This document shows, piece by piece, positions 38,338 to 49,600 of a stretch of 64,000 bases of DNA; position 1 is the stretch's first letter, and the number at the start of each line of letters is the position of its first letter. Where the stretch lies: positions 2,432,001 to 2,496,000 of the forward strand of contig OY762069.1 in assembly GCA_963665095.1 (NCBI GenBank), given 5' to 3'. The notes under the pieces were generated by a model, which was given only the letters and a program-made list of their open reading frames with translations, was not told the DNA's origin and did not search any database. Both the position numbers and the translations under genes were made by a program. The stretch is from an uncultured Desulfobacter sp. Lineage in GTDB: Bacteria > Desulfobacterota > Desulfobacteria > Desulfobacterales > Desulfobacteraceae.

Positions 38338-41204
38338 GCGACATCCTCTTCAATTCCCATCAGAATTAACGGACGCATCTCTGGTAAGACTTGACGTGCG
38401 GATTCCAGTTCAGCTTTCCATTCCAACTCTTCTTCTTCGCATCGATTCAGCCGGTATTGCCTCACTTCGGGAAGTCCGACTTTTTCTATTGCTTTTCTTC
38501 GGGCTGCAAATGCAATAGCACCACGATTTTCTTCCCGGGAAATTGAAAAATCATGATTTTTTTTAAGATCCTCAAACAGCTCCAAGCCCGATTTTTCAGC
38601 CTCATGACTGAGTAAATTGAATAACTCTATTGACTGCTCAGGCTCGGTTATACCGTGAATCTTGGGGTCCGTTGTCTGTATTGAATCCCATATATGTCTC
38701 GCCGTCGGCAAAAACACTTTTTTATCATGGCTGATAAAAATCGTAAGATATCGTTTTCTTACCATTGGTATTCGAATATATTGACTGTCTGAGTTAAGCC
38801 CGGCCTGCAACCGTATTTCAAATAAACCCCACACGCCTTTGACAGTGGAAGGTAAGCCATCTATGCTGACAACCGGGATGGGCTGCCCCACAGGGAATCC
38901 CGGAAGGTTTAACGCAAGCCCTCTGACTCTGTTATTTTCAAGGGTTAAAACATTGGTGTTCGAGTCGGCATTTTCTGATTGAAACTGTACATTGGCACTA
39001 CGTTCGCCATCGGGCCAGACCAAATTCCATCCAAAGAGATCTTTTCCAACTTTACAGTTCTTCATTTTAAGAAAACTGATGGTCATTCTTTCAACCCAGT
39101 AGGGTAAAGGGTGTGTTCTTATTTTTTCTGCGGTTTCAACCTCAGGATCCTCAGAAATGCCATAAACCGCAGAATCTTCACGCACAGCCGTTATTTGTCC
39201 TCTCAGATCGCTGATCGCCTCTTCTACCCGGGTATCCGGATCAGCATCTTCCATAAGGACCTGGGTCATCATCTTTTCAACCATTTCACCGGAAAGAGAA
39301 GAATCCAGGATATCATCTGTTTTATCAATTCCAAGTTCATCAAGAATTACAGCCAATTTTGTTTCTAAAACTTCCCGGACCCTGTCTTCGACCGAGTTCT
39401 CATACACAAAATTAATTGCCTTAACAATCTTATTTTGTCCTATGCGGTCAACACGCCCTATTCTTTGCTCAATACGCATCGGATTCCAGGGAAGGTCATA
39501 ATTAATGACCACATGGCAGAATTGGAGATTCAATCCTTCGCCACCGGCATCTGTTGATATAAGAATTCGTGCTTTTTCACGAAAGATTTTCTGGGCTATA
39601 CGCCGTTCTTCCATACTCATGGACCCATTGAGTCCGGCACATTCTATCCCACGATCTTCAAGAAATTTTTTGAGCATCTTCTGGGTCGGGATAAATTCGG
39701 TAAAGATCAACAATTTCAATTGATCATCATTTTCCTGACCCTGAAATTCATATATCAAGTCCATCAAAACGGTCGTTTTAACATCAGGGCCTGAATTTTC
39801 TGCATCCCGTGCCAGTGATAATAAAAATTTTACCCGATCCATTTCGGCGACTCTGCCGGGTTCATTCACTTCGATCAGTTGTTCCAGCAGTTCCTGACCG
39901 TCTAATTCAGGGAACAAGGCCATATCATCTTCATTTATCGAACTTTCCTGATTGTGAAGATCTTCAAGAACATTCAACCGTCTTTCAAGCGTACAACGAA
40001 TGGCATATGTGCTCGAAGTAACGATACGCTGGAGCAACACCATCAAAAAACCGATATGGGGTTTTCGATCTTTGATGGCCTGGTTGTATCCCTCTTTTAC
40101 ATAGGCCGATACCTCTTCATACAGGTCTACCTGTTTTTGATTTTCCTGAAGATTGATTTTTTGAGTTCGAGTTGTTCGGGGTATAAAAAGAGGTTTGCCC
40201 TGGGAAGTGACAGCTTTACGCTTTTCTGTACGAATGACAAATTCTGATACCCGGGCCTGGGTAACGCTTTCTTCATCCGGGAACGTCATCGGGTCCAGCA
40301 AACTCATCAGCCTTGCAAAGGAGTCCGATTTGCCCTGATGTGGTGTCGCGGAAAGTAAAAGCAGATATGGTGAGGCTTCAGCCAGCCCCTGGCCCAGTTT
40401 AAATCTTGCAACTTGATCCGTACTTCCCCCCAGCCGATGGGATTCATCCACAATGATTAAATCCCATTGTCCGTGAACCAGTTTTTCATATCGATTTAAA
40501 TTGTAAAACTGTATTTTTTCTTTAGACCATCCGCGGCGCTTGGTCAGAGGTTTGACCGCATCCAATGTAACAACAGCCTGGGGGAATCTAAGCCAGGGAT
40601 TATAATCTTTCGACGATTCAGTATCAAACATCCTTTCCGGACGTTCCAATCTTTCCAGCGCATCAAGATCCCCTGGATTGATCAAGGCAAAGGTTTCGTT
40701 GAAGTGGGTGTTCATCTCCCCGATCCATTGCATGGCAATACTTTTGGGTGCAACAACCAGTGTTCTTTTAACCAGCCCTCGTAACTTCAGTTCTCGTAAA
40801 ATCAAACCGGCTTCCACTGTTTTTCCAAGCCCGACCTCATCTGCCAGCAGGTATCGGATTCTGTCGCCTGAAATGGCTCTGGATAATGCATGTATCTGGT
40901 GGGGAAGGGGAATCACCCTTGATTCCATGGGGGCCAGAAGCACATTGCCGTCTGATCCCAAGGCGCTTCCTTCAAGGACCTCGGATACTTTTGCTGCCGC
41001 AGCAACATAGGCAATATGGGCCTGTTCTATTTCCGGATGGGATTGTGTGGCTAACGGCTTTAATGTAGATTTTGGGACTCTGACAACGACACCCTGGTCA
41101 GGCAGCCATATCCGACAGATTGCCCGGCCCCATAACGTGTGCTCTTCAACTACTTTGCAGGTGCTGTTATGGGATGTGCTGTATTGCCATGCGTCATTCT
41201 GCAT
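38334..41204 (-). CDS. brxHII: BREX type III SNF2-like helicase BrxHII
   Basis: LLADEVGLGKT, VDESH, LSATP, STDAGGEGLNLQ, QRIGRVDRIGQ; ATGA overlap with pglZ. Confidence 0.9.
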   Translation of the reverse strand: MQNDAWQYSTSHNSTCKVVEEHTLWGRAICRIWLPDQGVVVRVPKSTLKPLATQSHPEIEQAHIAYVAAAAKVSEVLEGSALGSDGNVLLAPMESRVIPLPHQIHALSRAISGDRIRYLLADEVGLGKTVEAGLILRELKLRGLVKRTLVVAPKSIAMQWIGEMNTHFNETFALINPGDLDALERLERPERMFDTESSKDYNPWLRFPQAVVTLDAVKPLTKRRGWSKEKIQFYNLNRYEKLVHGQWDLIIVDESHRLGGSTDQVARFKLGQGLAEASPYLLLLSATPHQGKSDSFARLMSLLDPMTFPDEESVTQARVSEFVIRTEKRKAVTSQGKPLFIPRTTRTQKINLQENQKQVDLYEEVSAYVKEGYNQAIKDRKPHIGFLMVLLQRIVTSSTYAIRCTLERRLNVLEDLHNQESSINEDDMALFPELDGQELLEQLIEVNEPGRVAEMDRVKFLLSLARDAENSGPDVKTTVLMDLIYEFQGQENDDQLKLLIFTEFIPTQKMLKKFLEDRGIECAGLNGSMSMEERRIAQKIFREKARILISTDAGGEGLNLQFCHVVINYDLPWNPMRIEQRIGRVDRIGQNKIVKAINFVYENSVEDRVREVLETKLAVILDELGIDKTDDILDSSLSGEMVEKMMTQVLMEDADPDTRVEEAISDLRGQITAVREDSAVYGISEDPEVETAEKIRTHPLPYWVERMTISFLKMKNCKVGKDLFGWNLVWPDGERSANVQFQSENADSNTNVLTLENNRVRGLALNLPGFPVGQPIPVVSIDGLPSTVKGVWGLFEIRLQAGLNSDSQYIRIPMVRKRYLTIFISHDKKVFLPTARHIWDSIQTTDPKIHGITEPEQSIELFNLLSHEAEKSGLELFEDLKKNHDFSISREENRGAIAFAARRKAIEKVGLPEVRQYRLNRCEEEELEWKAELESARQVLPEMRPLILMGIEEDVA

Positions 41205-41212
41205 TCTCTATA

Positions 41213-42103
41213 CTAACCATTAACCCTTGAGCTTATCAGCTCTTTGAGTACGGTAAAGTCATGGGGCTGAACTTCGGTTTCTTTTTTCAGCAGATCTTTG
41301 ACAACCGCATTCAGTTTATCTTTTCCGCTTAGGTTGGAACCGTCAGTGGCCTGGACTTTGAAGCATCCTGAATGAATAACTTGAGTTAACACCTTTTTCC
41401 CCTGGATCATATCGATCCATTTACCTTCACCGAAAACAGGTTTATCTGCGTCTCCCAACATCTGGTCAACGATATGGTTAAAACGATTCTCCAATTCATC
41501 GGGGGAAATAATCTTACAGACATCTGTTCGATGGGTTTTAAATTCACTTGCACCCTTTAATTTTTCAAGGGCAGCATCTTTAGAAGAAAATTCATCCAGG
41601 TTTGAAAATTTTTCAATCCAGTTCTTTTTCAGTTCCTCCCGAATGGATGTAACGACATAATTTGCGGCATCCATAAACAGCCTATCTTCAACAAATTGAA
41701 GTATTTTTCGTTCAATTTCCTCCTGGCTCACTTCACGATATTTCGACTGAAACAGATATCCGGGCTCAAGAAAATAGTTTTCGATTTCCCGCTTTTTCCA
41801 TATGAGCAGATTATGCTTATCCGGATCAGGAAAATTGGCCCAGCATTGTTCAATGAAATCATCTCTATGGTGATCTCGGTCAATCAAAAAATAATAGGAA
41901 GGATGATAACTATACAAGGCCTGTGCAACACTTTTTACCGAATAAGACGGGCCTAAGGGTTCAATTTTAATATGATCCTCCCCAAACAGCTCATTTAATA
42001 CCTGCGGATCAACAGAGTTGCGGTCTTTGCCTTCAACAAAGAGGACATGCCGGCTTTGCTGGCGGACTTCCTCCGGACGGATTCCACGCTCAAGACGAAC
42101 CAT
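41213..42103 (-). CDS. TOPRIM nuclease (DUF4435/AriB-like)
   Basis: LFVEGKD, LIDRD, EIENY TOPRIM motifs; TGATG overlap with the upstream ATPase. Confidence 0.78.
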   Translation of the reverse strand: MVRLERGIRPEEVRQQSRHVLFVEGKDRNSVDPQVLNELFGEDHIKIEPLGPSYSVKSVAQALYSYHPSYYFLIDRDHHRDDFIEQCWANFPDPDKHNLLIWKKREIENYFLEPGYLFQSKYREVSQEEIERKILQFVEDRLFMDAANYVVTSIREELKKNWIEKFSNLDEFSSKDAALEKLKGASEFKTHRTDVCKIISPDELENRFNHIVDQMLGDADKPVFGEGKWIDMIQGKKVLTQVIHSGCFKVQATDGSNLSGKDKLNAVVKDLLKKETEVQPHDFTVLKELISSRVNG

Positions 42104-43182
42104 CAGGCATTCTCCCGGTTATTGGTCAACAGGACCCGCCTGTCTTTCTCCACAGAGTCCATAACATCCTCGGAGTGCGTTGCCATGATATATTGATTGT
42201 TCGGAGCCAGAGAGATCAATCGTTTTACAAAGCTTCTATGCCATTGTGCATTCAAATGAAGTTCAGGTTCATCGATAAAAACAACCGAGGGTTTACCCCT
42301 GGTATGGTGCCAAATCAGAAAAAGGGTTGCAATGATCTCTTTTTGTCCTGAACTTAATCCGTCAAAAGTCATTGATTTTGGGCCGCCATTAATACCGATT
42401 CTAATATCTACGGTATTGTCGGATGAAGGTCTTAGCTTATGAATCGTACCACCGGCGTAGGCCATGACAAGTTCATTTAATTTATCAATTGTCTCATCCG
42501 GTTCCTGATTTTCACTTGTTTCAAAAAGGTCTGCCTGGTTCATTAAAGCCCGAAGTATCTGGAGCTTGAACTCACTCAAGGGGAATTCATACATGCTGTT
42601 ACGGTACATCCGGCCTGACCGCTGGGGCTCTCCCACCATCATCCCCAGTTCAGGATTGCCTTCCTGTACTTTCCGGTAGCTGTGAAAAAATAAAAAAGAA
42701 TTCTCTATCACTGGATTGGGAGATAATCCACAGATGGCCTTGATCAAATTTTCCGTATCGGCACCCGGATCAAATAATCCTTTATCCATCATGATATTGT
42801 GAAAATTATCCCCGGTGGCTTTCACAACACCATTTCTGTCAATCCGGATCTGGATACTGACAGTCTCGTCACCAACGACAATGTCTCCGGATATTTTGAC
42901 CGCCTGACTCCCGGCTCGAATCAATAAATCCGGGACATCTATGGTTGAATGTTTCTCTCGTAATTTGAACCGACCCTCTCTGATGGTCAAGGACAGCAGT
43001 AACAGGGAACAGCATTCCATGATAGATGTTTTTCCAAGACCATTCTGACTGCCCATGATCAAAATATCCGGGTCATCCGGTAATTTCGGGATGGGAAAAT
43101 CCATTTCAAGATGATCAATTCCCTTATAGTTATTGATCTCCAGTCGTCTTAATTTGATTGGAATATTTTGTTCTCGTTTCAT
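42103..43182 (-). CDS. ABC-type ATPase (AAA_15/AAA_21; AriA/OLD-like)
   Basis: INNYKGI, GSQNGLGKTS, LSSGQKE, IDEPELHL, ATHS. Confidence 0.88.
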   Translation of the reverse strand: MKREQNIPIKLRRLEINNYKGIDHLEMDFPIPKLPDDPDILIMGSQNGLGKTSIMECCSLLLLSLTIREGRFKLREKHSTIDVPDLLIRAGSQAVKISGDIVVGDETVSIQIRIDRNGVVKATGDNFHNIMMDKGLFDPGADTENLIKAICGLSPNPVIENSFLFFHSYRKVQEGNPELGMMVGEPQRSGRMYRNSMYEFPLSEFKLQILRALMNQADLFETSENQEPDETIDKLNELVMAYAGGTIHKLRPSSDNTVDIRIGINGGPKSMTFDGLSSGQKEIIATLFLIWHHTRGKPSVVFIDEPELHLNAQWHRSFVKRLISLAPNNQYIMATHSEDVMDSVEKDRRVLLTNNRENA

Positions 43183-43196
43183 AATATTCCTCCTTG

Positions 43197-45983
43197 CTAA
43201 TCACCAATTCTTGTGACGGATTGATCATACCACATGAGCAGTTTGGGATCTTCTTCAAGAATTTTGTTTGGTATCTTTTCGGCCACCTTTACAATGACAG
43301 CGTAATCTTTATCCTGCCAGGCCTTCTTAAATCCTGCTCTAACTGCCTCTAAACGGAACACTTTCAGTTTCTTTTTGGCTTGCTTATATTCTTCAAACTC
43401 TTTTAACAGTACCTTTTCACGAAGTTTTTCAAGATCTCCTGCTTTGTTTGGATCGGGTACATACCAGCGGTCTTTGGCTTTGGCTTTTAGAACAGGATCG
43501 TCTTTTTCAAGGTTTCGCATGTCTTTCCAGTTGGAGGACAGATAGGCATGAATTTGCTCTGGAACGTTACCCTCTCCCAAAAAACAAAGAAAATTTTGTT
43601 CAAGTAAGGTTGAGAGTTCTAAGGATTTTTCATTTTTACTCCATCCTCCGATGTCTCTTATAAATTGAGGATGTAATTCTTGGAAACTTTGTGGTTTGTC
43701 TCCTAATCGCTCTCTAAGCCATTGGCGTGCTGAATTTTCATCTGTGATAAAAAGAGATAATTGTTCAATTTCTCTAACAGTTATTCGTTTTTTGTCATAT
43801 TCAACAACTTGATCTGGTAAAAAAAACATACCATCTCTTTCAGAAAAGCGCTGAATTAATCCATTATAGAATTCAGCTGAAGATAGTGGAATAGATACTC
43901 CTCGCTGGACATGAAAAGCAACCATTCGATCATAAAGAAGAAAATTCTGTCGTTCTGCTAAAATCTCAAGTTTTTGTCCTTTCGACACAAAAACAGGAAG
44001 CTGACTTAGATGTGTTCTAACAAACTCCCAGGCACCATCTTCGGTACCTGCTTTTTGAATAAATCTTTCCTCAAGCCCACCGTTAGGTTTGTATGCTGAA
44101 ATTATTAAATCCTGTTTTACTGAATTCGAGAATGTTAACTGCTTTGTTGTTCCCTTTTTTTTATCCATTACCCGGACATCTGCAACCACTAATCCAGCAG
44201 CTTGTAAAGCTTCATTGATAGCTGTCCACACGACATTCTTTGAATTATGGAATTCCATTGTCAACCACGCCCCTGATTTTAAAACCCGAACACATTCCTT
44301 GAGAGCGAGACCCATTAACGATTTATAATCATAAATGCTTTTATTCATTGCGGGAGAGATAATAGCTTCAGGAGATCTATTAGAAAACAATCCTATCCAC
44401 CATTCCCAAAGAAAGTTTAATTCTGAGTAAAATAGATTTGCGCCAAATGGGGGATCCATAAAAACGTAATCGATTGAACTATCAGGTAGTTGACTAATAT
44501 TTGTTGCAGACTGTGTAGAGCAAAAAGAGTTATTTGGGAAAGAATGTTCCCATAATTTCTTGATATCTTTTATCTTGCTTTTTATATATTGAATTGGATT
44601 AACTTCAATCCCTATTGCTGGTATATATAATGTACCAGAAAGAGGCCCGACAACTTCTCTGCTTCTATTACCTCTGTGTTGTGGCATATATCGATTCATT
44701 TTAGACAATCTAAGTGCCGCACTTGTTAGGGCAAACCAGAGTTTCCTGTTTTTCAGTTTATTGCGCAGCAACGCCATCGCATACAAATTTCTGTTAGTAT
44801 AAAAATGATGTACATGTGTAACGCCTAAATGCACACCGGCCCGCCATGTATCCCCCCAAGCCTCCCCCTTAAAAATCATTGGCACGGCTTCTACATCAGA
44901 ATATAAAGTGTCACTTGATGAGATGATGTCAAAGTCTTCTTGAGACGGGTACTTTTCATAGCGTTTACCTCCGTATTCATAGCTTATTAAAACAGGTTTT
45001 CTTTTATGTCTTAATAGAGCCGATTTTACTATTGGGTCAAACCATGTCTCTGTGGCTCTTTCAATTAATTGGGCAGGACCCTTTTTGACAAATTTGGGTT
45101 CTTTGCATAGATTTACTGAACAAGTAGGACATTTAAAAACATCCAAAACTTGACAATGGAAAAGTTTAACTGCCTCTTCCCAATATGTGAATTCTTCTCC
45201 ACATTCAGGACAAACATAAACGTCACTCCATACAGTATAAATGATGACGCCATATTCATCAGGGCTACAATCTCTATTTTGGGGCTTTACCTTTTGGGAA
45301 CGAGCTATATTAGCGGGCCATCCATTATGTAATGTTCTGTAATATTTTTTACAATCCTCAAAAGTCGATTCAATTTTCTCTTCGAGAGACTTAATTAAAT
45401 TGTTTGGTCTCTCAATTGAATGTGAATAATGAGACGCAATGTAAGAAGCGATAGGACTAAGTTCATTTAAAATTACCCGTCTTGGTTGCTCAGATATATT
45501 TTCCTCATTACACTGGGCCACGGCAACTGCAGTCATACCTGTACCAGCAAACGGGTCTATAATAATATCTCCAGGCTCTGTATAATGTTTGATTAATGGA
45601 GCGATTGCTTCGGGTGGGACTTTCGTATGGTATGTATGAACATTATAAATACGACCATGTTTACTTCCTGTCAGGTCGTCTGAAAAGGCCGTTTTACTAT
45701 CTTGTTTTCTTTTTTTATTATTTGCCGAGTCTATTACTATTTGGTCTAAGAAAGGATTAGGACAAGCTGTATAATATGGCGGATCACTCAATGCAAGTAT
45801 GTCTTCATCTTCACCAATGGGAAAGCCTTCAATTTCCCTAAACTCGGGATTTTTTAATTTTTCACGTAAAAGTTCGGTGAAATGATCTCTCCTGTCCTCG
45901 TCATTCTCAAATTCCATTCCAAGACAGGTGACAGGCCCATGGGAGTTGTTTTTCAGGTCAATATCAAAACCAGGTAATTTCAT
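43197..45983 (-). CDS. pglXI: BREX type III DNA methyltransferase PglXI
   Basis: SDPPYYTACPNPF N-terminus, HTYHTKVP, DPFAGTG (motif I), DPPF (motif IV), CPEC/CPTC Zn finger, C-terminal FRLEAVRAGFKKAW. Confidence 0.88.
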   Translation of the reverse strand: MKLPGFDIDLKNNSHGPVTCLGMEFENDEDRRDHFTELLREKLKNPEFREIEGFPIGEDEDILALSDPPYYTACPNPFLDQIVIDSANNKKRKQDSKTAFSDDLTGSKHGRIYNVHTYHTKVPPEAIAPLIKHYTEPGDIIIDPFAGTGMTAVAVAQCNEENISEQPRRVILNELSPIASYIASHYSHSIERPNNLIKSLEEKIESTFEDCKKYYRTLHNGWPANIARSQKVKPQNRDCSPDEYGVIIYTVWSDVYVCPECGEEFTYWEEAVKLFHCQVLDVFKCPTCSVNLCKEPKFVKKGPAQLIERATETWFDPIVKSALLRHKRKPVLISYEYGGKRYEKYPSQEDFDIISSSDTLYSDVEAVPMIFKGEAWGDTWRAGVHLGVTHVHHFYTNRNLYAMALLRNKLKNRKLWFALTSAALRLSKMNRYMPQHRGNRSREVVGPLSGTLYIPAIGIEVNPIQYIKSKIKDIKKLWEHSFPNNSFCSTQSATNISQLPDSSIDYVFMDPPFGANLFYSELNFLWEWWIGLFSNRSPEAIISPAMNKSIYDYKSLMGLALKECVRVLKSGAWLTMEFHNSKNVVWTAINEALQAAGLVVADVRVMDKKKGTTKQLTFSNSVKQDLIISAYKPNGGLEERFIQKAGTEDGAWEFVRTHLSQLPVFVSKGQKLEILAERQNFLLYDRMVAFHVQRGVSIPLSSAEFYNGLIQRFSERDGMFFLPDQVVEYDKKRITVREIEQLSLFITDENSARQWLRERLGDKPQSFQELHPQFIRDIGGWSKNEKSLELSTLLEQNFLCFLGEGNVPEQIHAYLSSNWKDMRNLEKDDPVLKAKAKDRWYVPDPNKAGDLEKLREKVLLKEFEEYKQAKKKLKVFRLEAVRAGFKKAWQDKDYAVIVKVAEKIPNKILEEDPKLLMWYDQSVTRIGD

Positions 45984-45991
45984 CTCTTTAC

Positions 45992-46663
45992 TCACGACAG
46001 GCAACTCCTTAAATCTACCCACAAATGGGAAAGTTTAAAATCCGAAGGGACCACATGTTTTCTGTTCAAATCAGTACAGCAGCAATCGACCGTTACAAGA
46101 GAGTTAAAATATAAAACGATTTTTGAGGGCACTAAATTAGCATTTACTTCTTTGAGAATGCTGTCAGGTGCCATACTGATAATATATCCGATCATCATAC
46201 CCGATGAGACATCTTTACCATATTCATGATTTTGGCAATCAAACCGGAAAACACCATCGGTCACATAATTTTTGTTCAAAATCCAATTTTTGCTGGTTGG
46301 ATCGCCCAGCAATTTGCATTCAACATCGAAAAAAAGGTTTTCCCCTTTTTCAGGGTCAAATTTAGGGCATATAAAATCCGGTTTTGGTAAAGAATTAAGA
46401 CTTGTTTTAATTGCCTTGTCAGGATCTTGTTTCGGCAGTTGCGCCAACGGTGCCGGTATTTCGGCTTTTTTTTTCAGCGACCATGATTTACAAACGGTTT
46501 TTAAAATACCAAATAAAACGGCACTGATTTCATCCTCTTTTTGGGGTAAAGAGGTTCGTTGTTTCAATTTTTTTAAAGAGTGGAAAAATACGCTTTGATA
46601 CAAGGCTGTATGTTCCGTCCAAAGATTTCTTTTTTTAAGGGAGAGTGCCTTTCGTGCCATCAA
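45992..46663 (-). CDS. Putative stand-alone PD-(D/E)xK nuclease
   Basis: KPDF...FDVECKLL motif; ATGA overlap with the upstream MTase. Confidence 0.62.
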   Translation of the reverse strand: MMARKALSLKKRNLWTEHTALYQSVFFHSLKKLKQRTSLPQKEDEISAVLFGILKTVCKSWSLKKKAEIPAPLAQLPKQDPDKAIKTSLNSLPKPDFICPKFDPEKGENLFFDVECKLLGDPTSKNWILNKNYVTDGVFRFDCQNHEYGKDVSSGMMIGYIISMAPDSILKEVNANLVPSKIVLYFNSLVTVDCCCTDLNRKHVVPSDFKLSHLWVDLRSCLS

Positions 46664-49600
46664 GCCCCCCCCTGGTTGGGTTGAATTTCCAGCTTCATGG
46701 CTTTAACCAGGGTTGAATCCGCATCCTCACGTGCCAGGCTCCGGGTCCAGAACCGTTTTTCATTGCGTTTAATGACAATGATGCTGTTATCGCTCACAAT
46801 ATGAACAATCCCATCTAATAGAATTTGAGATGTGCCCATGGGATGTGGCAGATTTTTTCCGATCTCTTCAAGAACATATCCCCAGGAATCAATCCTGGGG
46901 GTTAAGTCCCACTTATCTCCAATGTCTGCCGGATAAAACTCCATGGCAACCATATTGCCGGATGCTCCTATATGAAGATCCGCCCGCATAACTTCATCTT
47001 CATTTAAATACGGTTGCCAGCGTTTTGCAAACCGGTCAGCATAGTTCAGCATCCAGAGGCTCTTTTTATCATCGACGGCAGGCATTTTTCCAACACTTTT
47101 ATAAGGCTGATAAAAAAACGGTATAGTGACCTCACAGCAATCCCGTATCAGGTCCCTTTGTTCGTCCGTAAAATCATACAGGTCAAACACGGCCTCATCC
47201 AGTTCAGTTTCCCATTCTTGCCTTGTGGTATCTATTTCTTCCTGAGGTACCCCATTCGGGCAGGTGATGTCTCTTACTTGAGGATGATAATCGCGAAGAT
47301 TGTTAACAATTGAAACAATTTTTTGGCTATATAATTGCGACAATTTCTCAGGCAATAAAAGATGTAACAATTCCCCGAGTAAAATTTTATGATACCATAA
47401 TCCCCAGTTGGTACTCGTATTAAAAAAAAAGTATCGCGCAAAGGATGACCACAGAATGCCAATAATTAATAAGTAATCATTTTTATAATGGCTTTTTAAT
47501 TTAAATCCGTATACGGAACGATAGAAACTAAAATCTGTATCCTCAAATCTCGATAATATTTCCCCGTTTTTATTTCCTTTCTCAGTGATTCCTTCATTAA
47601 AGATAATTTTATCTCCAATGTATGCGTCTGTTGGACCGGTATTATATATAAACTCAGGTGTGGAATTTAAAGGCAATGTCCCATATCTTTCCGGAATAAC
47701 TCTTAATGTCTTTTCAGGGAGCCCTTTACTGCTCATTTTTTTTTCATAAGTTTGATATCCGCGTCCACATCCTTCCTTGTTATCAGCGATTAGTCGATTC
47801 AACATGACTCCAGACAAGGATCTTATGAAAATTGTATCGGCATATCTTCCAAACCAGTTAATCTTCCATGTTGTTTTGTCCGTTAAATCCTGCTGGATAA
47901 GAAAAGAACGATCATATTTAGTAAGTAAAATTGCTTGCGTGGCTTTCAAAGCCGAGACCTGTTTAAGTGACCAATACTCAACAGGCGTTTTCTCTTGATT
48001 CGCTTTTTTGAAATGAATTAAGAGAAACGGTGAATTTGCTCCTTTGAAATAAAATTTCCGTACATGTGTAAAATTGAAAACTTCTTTTATACAGACTTTA
48101 TCCATCCATTTTTTTCGAAAAGCCTCACTTTTCGAACTATATTTAAAAAGGACACCCGCAGAAACCAACAAGGCACCGGCACCTCCTGATTTCAAGAAGT
48201 CTTTAGCCCTCCAAAGAAACGCCTGGGACGGCTCCTTATTACCAATTGGAAAATCTCTTTTTTGACACCATTGCAGCATAATGTTTTTACGGTTGATGGT
48301 TTCGTCATCAGCTTTGTTCCCAGGATCACCCCATGGGGGATTCCCCAAAACAATATCAATGTCTTTGATGTCAATTTTAAAAGCATTGCCGACATGAATA
48401 CTCCCATCCTGGCCTTCATACTCATTTTCTGGAACAATCAGACCTGGAAGCCTGTTGCCTTTTTTTATATGATCAATGATAGACGGTGGATCAAGGTAAT
48501 GCAACATGGCCAGATACAGGCTGAAAGCTGTTATGCGAGCCGCCTCTGCGTTAACCTCAATGCCAACGATCTGCTGTGCAAGAACCTGTTTTAGTTCATC
48601 GAATGACGGCATCTCAGAAGTTTGTTTAATGCGGTAACGAACTATACGGCGAAATGCTTCCACCAGGAAAATTCCCGATCCGCAGGCCGGGTCCAGTATT
48701 CTGGGGTTCTGTCTTAGAATTTCAGGGCTTAAAACCCGGGAGCAGACAAATTCTGCCAGAACCGGGGGGGTATAATATGCGCCATCCTGTCTGGCTTTTT
48801 TCTTTTTTTGCTTTTCGTCTGACGCGGGGTCATAAAATTCTTCATAAATGGCACTAATTAAATCAAGAGGAATAATGTCAAACCGGTATGAAAAAAAGAA
48901 AAGCTTTTTTTGTATTCCGGCATCACCGTATAGCAAATCCAGGATAAGTTTAAGATGCTTTTCTTCTATGACCCGTTCTTCATCATCAATATCCGGGAAC
49001 ATATCCCCGTTAAAATCGCCTGACAACTGCCGAAATAGAGCATAGGTGAAAGATTTATCTTGAAGAACTCTCGGATAAAAGGTTTTCGTACCGGAAAAAT
49101 CAAAGAGTTCCTTTGATAACGGCTGGCTCAGAAGATTTTTCCATTCTTCTGAGCCCCTTGCTATTTTGTTAAAATATTCATTATTCAGAATTCCCCTGTC
49201 TTCAAGGTAACGAATAAAAATGGAACGGCCAATCAATGCATGAACATATGAAACATGATTCTGCAAACCCAGGCCCAGCAGTTCTCTTCTGACGGTTTTC
49301 AAATCTGCTATCAGCGCTTTGTCTGCCCTGTTTTTAATATTTCCAAAACGACCTTGTTCAAACAGCTTACCGGATTCAATATGATCCCTGTGAAAATCTT
49401 GCAGTTTTTGGGACACCGCTTTGATTGACTTAAGGGTAGCAAGTGTTTTCAACTGTGGTAACTTGCCTGATTCTTCAAAACGAACAGGAGGCTGGGCCAT
49501 ATCCATAACTGTCAATTCCCCCTCGGATTCAAGAAATAGTATCCGCGGCCGGGACAGACACCACAACCTGTTAAACGCTTCAATCCTGGCAAAATCTCCT

